Shown here piece after piece: positions 9,820 to 17,466 of a stretch of DNA of 62,094 nt; position 1 is the first letter of the stretch; every line of letters begins with the position of its first letter. A program made the translations under genes and the position numbers. The notes under the pieces were generated by a model that was given only the letters and a program-made list of their open reading frames with translations, did no database searches and was not told where the DNA came from. The DNA is from an uncultured bacterium (GTDB taxonomy: Bacteria > Bdellovibrionota_B > Oligoflexia > CAYFLR01): the NCBI GenBank assembly GCA_964544765.1, contig CAZJDM010000003.1:1-62094 (forward strand), read 5' to 3'.

Positions 9820-10080
9820 TTAGGCAACTTTTTGCCTTGCTTCCCAAAGATCATATTCTGCTTGCATTCTTACCCACATTTCAGCAGAAGTATCGAGCAC
9901 TTTTTCAAGGATAATAGCAAAAGATGGAGAGATACCTCGCTTTTCATTAACAATTTCATTAATTTTTCGTGGAGAACAATGGCAAAGGGAGGCAAGTTCC
10001 GTTTGATTAAGGTTCATTTCTTTCATATAAATTTCAGACAAGACTTTACCAGGATGCAAGGGATTTGGATTTTTAATCAT
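9820..10080 (-). CDS. higA: HigA-family antitoxin (XRE-type HTH)
   Basis: 86 aa. 'HPGKVLSEIYMKEMNLNQTELASLCHCSPRKINEIVNEKRGISPSFAIILEKVLDTSAEMWVRMQAEYDLWEA' follows the HigA consensus (HPGE.L...L...T..LA..LGVSR..I..IVNGKR.IT...A..L...FG.S...W...Q..YDL). Confidence 0.85.
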   Translation of the reverse strand: MIKNPNPLHPGKVLSEIYMKEMNLNQTELASLCHCSPRKINEIVNEKRGISPSFAIILEKVLDTSAEMWVRMQAEYDLWEARQKVA

Positions 10081-10082
10081 AA

Positions 10083-10379
10083 TTAACCTCTATGGTAGTT
10101 TTCAATCTTAACCTCAGAGAATTCACCATTTTTGAATTTGAAAGTGATGCACCAAGGCAGTTTGATCGTTACACTCCAATATTTTTTTCGATCTCCTTTT
10201 AGTTTATGAAGTCTAATGTTTGGAGGTTGACCTCTTATTATTAAATCATCAATTGTTTGAGTAGAATGCATTATTGTCAATAGAGCTTTGGTACGAATCC
10301 AAATATCTTTAGGCAGGGTTCTAGAACTATTTTTTTCCCAAATGTCTCTAGCGATTTTATTAGCAAAATTTATAATCAC
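10083..10379 (-). CDS. higB: HigB-family toxin (RelE/ParE superfamily, 'plasmid maintenance system killer')
   Basis: 98 aa, ending 2 nt upstream of higA in the toxin-first order typical of HigBA. 'RLHKLKGDRKKYWSVTIKLPWCITFKFKNGEFSEVKIENYH' matches the HigB C-terminal consensus (L..L.G.R.G.WSIRIN..WRI.F.....V.I.DYH). Confidence 0.85.
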   Translation of the reverse strand: MIINFANKIARDIWEKNSSRTLPKDIWIRTKALLTIMHSTQTIDDLIIRGQPPNIRLHKLKGDRKKYWSVTIKLPWCITFKFKNGEFSEVKIENYHRG

Positions 10380-10761
10380 TCAAACACCTCGAATTACACT
10401 ATACCACATTCTGTAATAATGTAAATAATTACTGTGCGACTATCAGTTGAAAGTTTTCTGTAATATTACTTCTTTTGAAATATTTGATCTCGTATTTTCA
10501 TGCTCATCATGTAAAATATTAATATTATATGTATATTTGTGTTTTTGTAATCGATTAGCTAATTGAGAAAAAATCCGTGAAGCGTAATCAGTATATGCGG
10601 TTATCTGTATTCTGGAACGCCTGGTTCTGACCCTGAATCAAGCTACAGAATACGGATAGCACACAGTATTTAGAAGATTTAGTAAATTTTCTGGTATGCT
10701 TTACAAATATTTATTTTATTAAACTTAGTAGAAGTTCATGTAAATTAATGGAGTTATTGAT

Positions 10762-11514
10762 ATGAAAAAATCCTATGTGTTTTTAGTTATTTTAGTATTA
10801 ATTGGTGTTAGTTGTAGTGATGAAGACCAGATATTGGATAGTGGTTCTCAATCAAGTGAAGAACATACATCGAACGATAGTTCCTCATCAGATGAAGAGC
10901 AAACGTCAGATGATAGTACTCAGTCAAATGAAGAGCAATCCTCAGATGATAGATCTCCATCAAATGAAGGTCAATCATCGGATGATAGCTCTCCATCAGA
11001 AGAGTCAACTTCTTCAGATGACAATCAAGAATCAAGTAGTGAGACAGGGGTCCTTGCTGGTATTACAGATGCTCATAATAGAGCTAGAGCTAATGTTGGG
11101 GTGTCTGGATTGACGTGGTCCAATACGATAGCTTCTTTTGCCAAAGAATGGGCGGATTATTTAGCTCAACAAAACAATTGTAAAATGAAACATCGACCGA
11201 GTAGTGGATCATATGCTCAAAAATATGGGGAAAATATCTATTGGGCAAGTGCCCTTTCATCTAGTGATGGTACAGATTCGGTGCAAGATATTTCATCTAG
11301 TGTTCCAGTTACTAACTGGGACGATGAAAAACAGTATTATGATTATGAAAGCAATAGTTGCCAAAGTGGACAAGTTTGTGGTCATTATACCCAGGTTGTA
11401 TGGGCGGAAAGTAAAACGCTCGGATGTGCTATGACAATTTGTCCAGATAAAGGACAAATTTGGGTATGTAATTATGATCCAAGAGGAAATATTGTAGGGC
11501 AGAAACCGTATTAA
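10762..11514 (+). CDS. CAP / SCP / PR-1 superfamily lipoprotein with S/D/E-rich repetitive linker
   Basis: 250 aa with a lipobox (LIGVSC|S). Signature motifs are 'AHNRARANVGVSGLTWS' and 'GHYTQVVW'. The C-terminal half is Cys-rich, as in CAP domains. Confidence 0.85.
   Translation: MKKSYVFLVILVLIGVSCSDEDQILDSGSQSSEEHTSNDSSSSDEEQTSDDSTQSNEEQSSDDRSPSNEGQSSDDSSPSEESTSSDDNQESSSETGVLAGITDAHNRARANVGVSGLTWSNTIASFAKEWADYLAQQNNCKMKHRPSSGSYAQKYGENIYWASALSSSDGTDSVQDISSSVPVTNWDDEKQYYDYESNSCQSGQVCGHYTQVVWAESKTLGCAMTICPDKGQIWVCNYDPRGNIVGQKPY
10885..11022 (+). repeat. In-frame 36-bp tandem repeat (~3.8 copies) encoding the S/D/E-rich linker of the CAP lipoprotein
   Basis: Units at 10885-10920, 10921-10956 and 10957-10992 plus a partial fourth. 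They encode SSDEEQTSDDST / QSNEEQSSDDRS / PSNEGQSSDDSS. Confidence 0.8.
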
Positions 11515-11517
11515 ATA
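11378..11517 (+). repeat. Right copy of ~140-bp direct repeat (native 3' end of CAP gene)
   Basis: See 9638-9777. Confidence 0.85.
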
Positions 11518-11539
11518 AAAGTTCACTCCTGGGAAGTAA

Positions 11540-11875
11540 TCAAAGCGAAGACTTAAAAATAATTCGACTGTTTTGGGCGATTTCAAAAGCTATTGATCCA
11601 ATTTGTGGATCCGTTAATTCATGTGGGGTCAAAGCGATAGGTTCTATGTCATTGTCTATGTTTACTTTTAGTCGGTTTAATAATTTTAACGCAATAATAT
11701 AGTCCATTCCTAAAAAATCAGTACTTATGATTGCTAAATCAATATCACTATATTTATGGGATTTACGGTGGTAGTAAGAACCGAATAGCCTGATTTCAAT
11801 ATTATCGAACAGAGAGTCAAGTAATTTACCATATTTGATAGAAACTTCTTCTATTTCAACAATTGTTCGGCCCAT
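11540..11875 (-). CDS. Minimal nucleotidyltransferase (MNT-type antitoxin of HEPN/MNT module)
   Basis: 111 aa. 'RLFGSYYHRKSHKYSDIDLAI' matches the GS(x)n-DxD polymerase-beta-type nucleotidyltransferase motif. It overlaps the upstream HEPN gene by 25 nt. Confidence 0.75.
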   Translation of the reverse strand: MGRTIVEIEEVSIKYGKLLDSLFDNIEIRLFGSYYHRKSHKYSDIDLAIISTDFLGMDYIIALKLLNRLKVNIDNDIEPIALTPHELTDPQIGSIAFEIAQNSRIIFKSSL

Positions 11876-12255
11876 TTCAATAATTCCTCTGTTTTACTTA
11901 TATAGCTATTAAGTGAATCTTTGGTTAAGGATTGAGATAAGGACTCTCTATATGTTGGGTATCTAGCCAGAATATAATAAGGATTTAGCCCTGTAAATAA
12001 TTTATTATACACTTTTAATTCGGTTTTTTTATTAGTTATTAAAGTGGCTAGTTTTGCTAAATCATGTATATATGGAGGTTGATCGTTGTGAATACTGATG
12101 AACAATCCTTTTAAAATTTTTTCATTCGTTTGTTGTAAATTAAAGGCACAATGAAGAAGCTTATTATGTTTAAAAGCTATAATAGCCATATCAAAGTCGC
12201 TAACTGCCAAATCATACCATTTTGAGGTAATTAAATTTTTCTTTTTTTTTGTCAT
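11851..12255 (-). CDS. HEPN domain protein (toxin of HEPN/MNT module)
   Basis: 134 aa and all-helical. 'IHDLAKL' and 'ILARYPTY' resemble conserved HEPN (PF05168-type) motifs. It is paired with the MNT gene. Confidence 0.7.
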   Translation of the reverse strand: MTKKKKNLITSKWYDLAVSDFDMAIIAFKHNKLLHCAFNLQQTNEKILKGLFISIHNDQPPYIHDLAKLATLITNKKTELKVYNKLFTGLNPYYILARYPTYRESLSQSLTKDSLNSYISKTEELLKWAEQLLK

Positions 12256-12418
12256 TCTATTGATCCAAATACAATGTTATCTAATAGACTAATTAAACAA
12301 TTTTGACTTGTTAGAATTGATTAAGAATATTTACTCTTCATAAGTTAATATAATTTAATTCAGATTGAAAATACAGTCTTATTTCCTAAAAAATTGTCTA
12401 ATACTTTAAATTACCCAG

Positions 12419-12448
12419 TTGACATACTCAAGATTCAGTAGATACAAT
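12419..12448 (+). promoter_or_regulatory. Sigma70-like promoter upstream of exbB/tolQ-like gene
   Basis: TTGACA (12419-12424), an 18-nt spacer, then TACAAT (12443-12448). This lies about 58 nt upstream of the ATG at 12506, which is preceded by the RBS AGGGGGG. Confidence 0.4.
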
Positions 12449-12505
12449 ATCGTGAGGCAACAAAGATCTAATTCTTAACATGATAGAACTTATTAGGGGG
12501 GATTA

Positions 12506-13126
12506 ATGAATTTAACAGCTAACCTATTAGAACTTACTTCATCGGGCGGTGAATGGGTTCTGTGGATTTTAATTGTACTGAGTTTTTTCTCTTTAGCAGT
12601 GATTATTGAACGAGCTGTTTATATTAGTTTTAGACAAAATCGAGATTCAGGTTTGACGGCCAATTTATTATTATATTTAAAAGATAAGAAAGTAAATGAA
12701 GCTATTGAATATATAACCCAAAAACCAACCGTTCAATCTCAGGTTTTAAGGGTTGGTTTAGAAAATATTGATAAGGGATCTGTATATGTTGGAGAGCTAA
12801 TGGAGAGTCAAACCTTGTTAGAACGTAAACGCTTATCAAAAAGGCTGGTATTCTTGGCGACTGTTGGTAGTAATGCTCCATTTATAGGTTTATTTGGAAC
12901 AGTTTTAGGAATTATCAAAGCTTTTAGAGATTTATCATTAAATATTTCTGGTGGAGTTGATGCAGTTATGGCCGGTATTTCCGAAGCATTGGTAGCTACA
13001 GCTGTCGGATTGTTTGTGGCTATACCAGCTACCTTAGCGTATAACTATTTTCAAAAACAAATTCGAGTTATCTTTTGGGACACTGATTCTCTTACCAAAA
13101 CCGTTCTAGCCAATCTTCGACAATGA
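12506..13126 (+). CDS. MotA/TolQ/ExbB proton-channel family protein
   Basis: 206 aa with three TM segments. 'LATVGSNAPFIGLFGTVLGIIKAF' and 'ISEALVATAVGLFVAIPA' are canonical ExbB/TolQ motifs. Confidence 0.85.
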   Translation: MNLTANLLELTSSGGEWVLWILIVLSFFSLAVIIERAVYISFRQNRDSGLTANLLLYLKDKKVNEAIEYITQKPTVQSQVLRVGLENIDKGSVYVGELMESQTLLERKRLSKRLVFLATVGSNAPFIGLFGTVLGIIKAFRDLSLNISGGVDAVMAGISEALVATAVGLFVAIPATLAYNYFQKQIRVIFWDTDSLTKTVLANLRQ

Positions 13127-13178
13127 TTAAGCCACAGCTCGACAAATTGTTCATTTCAAACTTGAATTATATCTCGCG

Positions 13179-14261
13179 TTATTTATTAATTCTTTTTAGT
13201 AAATAAATTCCCAACAAAAGAAAGATAATATTAGCTCCCCAAGCTCCAATGAAAGGATGAAGGTCATTGGTTCTGCCTAGGGTTCGGCAGATGGATAATA
13301 CAACCCAGTAAGCCATACCTATACCAATGGAAATTACAATGCCTAGCGCCATACTTCCACTACGTTCTTTGATTAAAGCAAAAGGGATCCCTAAAATACA
13401 CATGACGATATTAATAAACGGGTAGGCGATTTTTAGATATAACTCAACTTCCAATTGAGAAACGTCAATTCCTTCAAGAGTATTCTTTTCAATAAATTTT
13501 GCAAGTTGGCTATAGCCCATTTGTTCTGGTTTCTGTTCAATGTAGGTTAATTCTGTGGGTTTGCCGGGTAAATGAAGTTCCCTTGATGGAGTAAAATTGG
13601 TACTCACTAGACCTTCTTTAGAAAAAGTACTAGTAGAAATATTAAAAGCGTCCCAGGTATTTTTTTCTTGATTCCATTTAGCTTTCTTTACATCAATTCT
13701 TGTTTTTAAGTTAAAACCATCGGCGAACTCAAATATAGATATTCCCGACAAGGTTTTCTTATCTCTAGATAAGTGTTGTATGTTGTAAAATCGATTATTT
13801 TCCTTTATCCAGTTTTTATCCATGATATCAATTGAATTGGATTTCTTTCTAATGGAGGTTCGATCTAATCTTTGAAGAGCTTTTGATGAAAAGGGAACCA
13901 ACAAATTGATTATCGCTAAATTGACAAAGAAAATAAGTGAAGCCAAAAGTAGAAAAGGTAACGTTATACGAAATAACGATAACCCACAAGATTGCATGGC
14001 CACAATTTCAGCATTTCTGGATAAAAGGATTAAGGTGATTATTACGGCTAATAGTACTGCTAAGGGGGAGAATAGGATAAACTGTTCGGGAACCGAAAAG
14101 AGATAATATTGAGTAATGGTCCACCAATCTGCATTATATCGCACAAAATAATTAGGATTCTTTTCGATAAAATCAATTAATACAAAAATTCCTAACGAAA
14201 AAAATATCGTTATAAGATAATATTTTAAAAAATCTCTACCGATATACTTAAAAAATATCAT
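13179..14261 (-). CDS. lptG: LPS export ABC transporter permease LptG (YjgP/YjgQ family)
   Basis: 360 aa with the 3+3 TM topology and a central periplasmic domain. It is the second of two adjacent YjgP/YjgQ paralogs, 3 nt after the first, as in lptF-lptG operons. Confidence 0.75.
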   Translation of the reverse strand: MIFFKYIGRDFLKYYLITIFFSLGIFVLIDFIEKNPNYFVRYNADWWTITQYYLFSVPEQFILFSPLAVLLAVIITLILLSRNAEIVAMQSCGLSLFRITLPFLLLASLIFFVNLAIINLLVPFSSKALQRLDRTSIRKKSNSIDIMDKNWIKENNRFYNIQHLSRDKKTLSGISIFEFADGFNLKTRIDVKKAKWNQEKNTWDAFNISTSTFSKEGLVSTNFTPSRELHLPGKPTELTYIEQKPEQMGYSQLAKFIEKNTLEGIDVSQLEVELYLKIAYPFINIVMCILGIPFALIKERSGSMALGIVISIGIGMAYWVVLSICRTLGRTNDLHPFIGAWGANIIFLLLGIYLLKRINK

Positions 14262-14264
14262 TAA

Positions 14265-15521
14265 TTACCTTCTTTTGGACCGGAAGAATAGGTTTTTTAG
14301 TTTGCTAATAGCTTTAAAGAAGAATCCCTCTATTGCATAGAACATAGGTGATTCAATTATCATTCTTTGATTTCTCCTATGAAAATAAAATACTGCGGCT
14401 CCCATAAAAAATATATTTGGTCCCCATGAAGCTAATATAGGATCAATTAAACCACGTTCGGCTAGATTTTTGGCTATCATTATAAATAAATAGTATACAA
14501 GGATAGTTATAATGCCTACTACATAACCTCTTGACTTACCACTTCGTGGTCCTTGCAAACCAAGGGGCATGCCAAATAATCCAAATATAATACAAGCAAA
14601 TGGAAGAGAAAGTTTTTGATTTAGTAAGAAAATAGCTCGGTAATAATGATGATCCAATACTTTTTTCTTGCTCTCGATATAGCGGATCATTTCGTTAGGG
14701 TACATAGCCTGATAGTGGTTAGTAATCTCACGAGCCGAAAAACTGATGGTATTTTCAAATAATTCTACTAGGTCAATATCTCCTTGTTTGAAAGTCATCA
14801 TTTCATAATATTCTTGAGGAGATTTGCCGTGGAATTCGCCATTTATGAGTCGTAGTACGGCAATTTTGTTTTCCTCATCAGCTATAACCTCTCCTTCTTT
14901 AGAGAAAATATAGGAATTAGATGATTTGGCTTTACTAGCCAAAAGAATTTCTTTCAATTTGGAGTTTTGGTCGGATAGATCAGTTACGTAAAGGGTTTGA
15001 CCAAAAAAGTCCTGAATAAAACTACCTGCTTTTAATTTAGTCTTTAAAAGAATTGCCGCTTTACTTTTTCCTTCCATAGCAAGATGGTTATTAAAATATT
15101 TTTTGCTCCAGGGATCAAGATAGGATGATGCGTATGCTGTCATACCAAAACAAACTAGAGATAGACAAAGGACCACAGGATATAAATCAAAGAGGCTGAT
15201 TCCCACGGCATTCATAGCAGTATATTCCTCATCGCTCGATAAACGAGCAAAAGCAATAATAGTAGCTAAAAATAAAGAAATAGGGATGGTGAAATTTAAA
15301 AAGGGGGGAACAAGTAGGAAAAAAGATATGAAAATTGTTTCTAAGGATATTCCATACTCAAAGATCATTTGACTAAGTTTTAAAATTTGAAAAATAACCA
15401 GAATGGTTGAAAATAAAAGAATTCCAATAAAAAATAAGGGAAGAATCTCTTTAAGAATATATAAGTTTATTCTTATTTTGTTAACGGGTTTAATATATTT
15501 GACGTTGTTGTAAAAATCCAT
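14265..15521 (-). CDS. lptF: LPS export ABC transporter permease LptF (YjgP/YjgQ family)
   Basis: 418 aa. 'ILKEILPLFFIGILLFSTILVIFQILKL' is a typical YjgP/YjgQ N-terminus. The TM/periplasmic-domain/TM architecture fits, and it lies upstream of the paralog. Confidence 0.75.
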   Translation of the reverse strand: MDFYNNVKYIKPVNKIRINLYILKEILPLFFIGILLFSTILVIFQILKLSQMIFEYGISLETIFISFFLLVPPFLNFTIPISLFLATIIAFARLSSDEEYTAMNAVGISLFDLYPVVLCLSLVCFGMTAYASSYLDPWSKKYFNNHLAMEGKSKAAILLKTKLKAGSFIQDFFGQTLYVTDLSDQNSKLKEILLASKAKSSNSYIFSKEGEVIADEENKIAVLRLINGEFHGKSPQEYYEMMTFKQGDIDLVELFENTISFSAREITNHYQAMYPNEMIRYIESKKKVLDHHYYRAIFLLNQKLSLPFACIIFGLFGMPLGLQGPRSGKSRGYVVGIITILVYYLFIMIAKNLAERGLIDPILASWGPNIFFMGAAVFYFHRRNQRMIIESPMFYAIEGFFFKAISKLKNLFFRSKRR

Positions 15522-15546
15522 TCAAATTTCTCATTTTTTTATTTTG

Positions 15547-16674
15547 TTAAAATATATACTTATAATAACAAAATCCACCCGGTTGTCGATCTCCATGTTC
15601 ACTACGTCGTATTCCATTTTCTCTTTTTTCCCCTCCCCTAAAATATCCACCAAGGTTGAGGGTGTGATTGGTGGTAGTAATACTAAAAGCTAAGCGGCTG
15701 ACCCAACTTCTATCTTGAAAGTTTAGAATAGCTATGTTGTTGATGTTATAATGACGGGTTAAATAAATAATTAGTTGAGAACCGATGATTCTTTGACCCA
15801 AAGCATTTGTGGAGTACGGAGCTGAACCTCTTTCACTGGCTTCAAAAGCATCAAATTCACTCGGATCATTTTTCCCAAAACCATTAACATATAATTCCAG
15901 TGTCGCTAGTATTGTTGTTGGTACTTGATATCTAATTTGGGAGGCCAGTGAGAAATAGCCTTTACTATTTTTATCTAGAGTTAAAGCAAATTCAGAACTG
16001 ACTCCAAAATATTTTAAACGAGTTGAGATATCTCCGCTGATAATAGTGTCCTTATTATTAACCCCTAAAACGTTCAAATTTAACTGAACTTCATCTACTT
16101 GATGTTTGGCTCTGAACAAAAATTTTGCATTGGTTAATAGTATGAAATGAATTTCTGATGATTGTGCCGCTTGCCATTGATATAAAAAGGCATCAATTGG
16201 TTCTTGTTTATCATGCGATAAAATATCAATTGGTGAAAAGAAGTTGGAGGGAGAAAAAAGAGAAAAAGGACTTAGAGTATAATAAAACCTACCAAGAGTG
16301 TAGGTCATCTGGGAGTCATTGTATTTGAAAGATAATAACTTTACTAATGGTTTAATTTCAGAAGGTTTTTTTAAAAAATATTTTTCGTCTTTAAAAGTAT
16401 GCTTAGTAAGTAGTCCTAATTTAGTATAGTAACCTAATTGCCATATTTGCCCTTTTGATCCTACCAATAAATTGTTTTCGTTATAATTATCTAGATTCTC
16501 GTTGCGTAGGATAAAAAAAGATCCTTCTCCAATAAATTCTCCAGTAAAGAACTTTTTTTCTTCTGGAGAAGTGGAACTATCCGTTGGAGACGAAATGCCA
16601 GCTTGTAATATGTTAAATCCATATCCAGTTGCAAAAAGTGTAAGTATCAGTTTGAATGTTAAATTGATTACCAC
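15547..16674 (-). CDS. Putative outer-membrane beta-barrel protein (unknown family)
   Basis: 375 aa with a GTG start and a signal-like N-terminus. Alternating hydrophobic beta-strand patterns run throughout and the C-terminus is aromatic (YYKYIF). It sits immediately upstream of lptF. Confidence 0.5.
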   Translation of the reverse strand: MVINLTFKLILTLFATGYGFNILQAGISSPTDSSTSPEEKKFFTGEFIGEGSFFILRNENLDNYNENNLLVGSKGQIWQLGYYTKLGLLTKHTFKDEKYFLKKPSEIKPLVKLLSFKYNDSQMTYTLGRFYYTLSPFSLFSPSNFFSPIDILSHDKQEPIDAFLYQWQAAQSSEIHFILLTNAKFLFRAKHQVDEVQLNLNVLGVNNKDTIISGDISTRLKYFGVSSEFALTLDKNSKGYFSLASQIRYQVPTTILATLELYVNGFGKNDPSEFDAFEASERGSAPYSTNALGQRIIGSQLIIYLTRHYNINNIAILNFQDRSWVSRLAFSITTTNHTLNLGGYFRGGEKRENGIRRSEHGDRQPGGFCYYKYIF

Positions 16675-16739
16675 TGCTCCTAAAAACCTATGTAAAGCTT
16701 GGTTTTCATAAAATTTTAGGTAATTCGCTCTCCCTACTA

Positions 16740-17225
16740 TTAAAAGGGAATGTCTTCTTCAGAAGAGATTCCTTGAGGAGTATTTGTAAATGATGGGATT
16801 TCCATATTTGAAGGTTGTTGTTGCGTTGGTTCTGGTTTAGCATAAGAATTATTCGATTGGAACTGCCCTCCCCCCACTTCATTGTTATTGGCTCTTGCCC
16901 CATCTAAAAACTGCATATTATTAGCCACAATTTCGGTAGTATATCTTTTCATTCCATTTTGGTCTTCCCAGGAGCGAGTTTGGAGCTTTCCTTCAATATA
17001 TACCTGTCGTCCTTTATTTAAATAACGTCCCGCCAAATCGGCTAGTTTGCTCCACAGTACAACGTTGTGCCATTCTGTTTTTTCTTCTTTTTGGCCTTCT
17101 TTGTTGACCCATGATTCACTAGTAGCAAGAGATAAAGAAGCTACAGGTGTTCCGGAATTAGTACTCCTAATCTCGGGATCTTTTCCTAAGCGGCCTACTA
17201 TTATTACTTTGTTTACTCCAGACAT
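16740..17225 (-). CDS. ssb: Single-stranded DNA-binding protein
   Basis: 161 aa. The OB-fold N-terminus '[20 protein letters not shown]...TEWHNVVLW' is canonical. It has a G/Q/P-rich linker and the acidic tip 'EEDIPF'. Confidence 0.95.
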   Translation of the reverse strand: MSGVNKVIIVGRLGKDPEIRSTNSGTPVASLSLATSESWVNKEGQKEEKTEWHNVVLWSKLADLAGRYLNKGRQVYIEGKLQTRSWEDQNGMKRYTTEIVANNMQFLDGARANNNEVGGGQFQSNNSYAKPEPTQQQPSNMEIPSFTNTPQGISSEEDIPF

Positions 17226-17466
17226 ATATCCTCCTGATAAATTTTTCTCATAACTACCATGTTATAAAATTACTGTCATCTCAAATATGCAAAAAATTGC
17301 GTCTATATCAAAATAAATCAAAATAATTTCTAGGTCAAAGATATCCGTTAAGAACCTAAATAGGAACTATTACCTCAAATTTACTTAATTGTTTGGGCTG
17401 TCAATAGGTAGAGGAAGCTTTACAAAAAGACAAAAATTTGGATATGATAGGATCAATAATAAATCA

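Noticed and set aside
9832-10086. 84-aa plus-strand ORF antisense to higA.
   Set aside because: It overlaps a confidently recognised HigA gene completely and has no motif or RBS. It is a typical shadow ORF in AT-rich DNA.
10802-11113. Alternative-frame and antisense ORFs (10802-11113 +, 10808-11035 -) inside the CAP gene repeat region.
   Set aside because: They are by-products of the 36-bp tandem repeat, which keeps several frames open. The CAP frame has the lipobox and the CAP signatures. The others have no start context or motifs.
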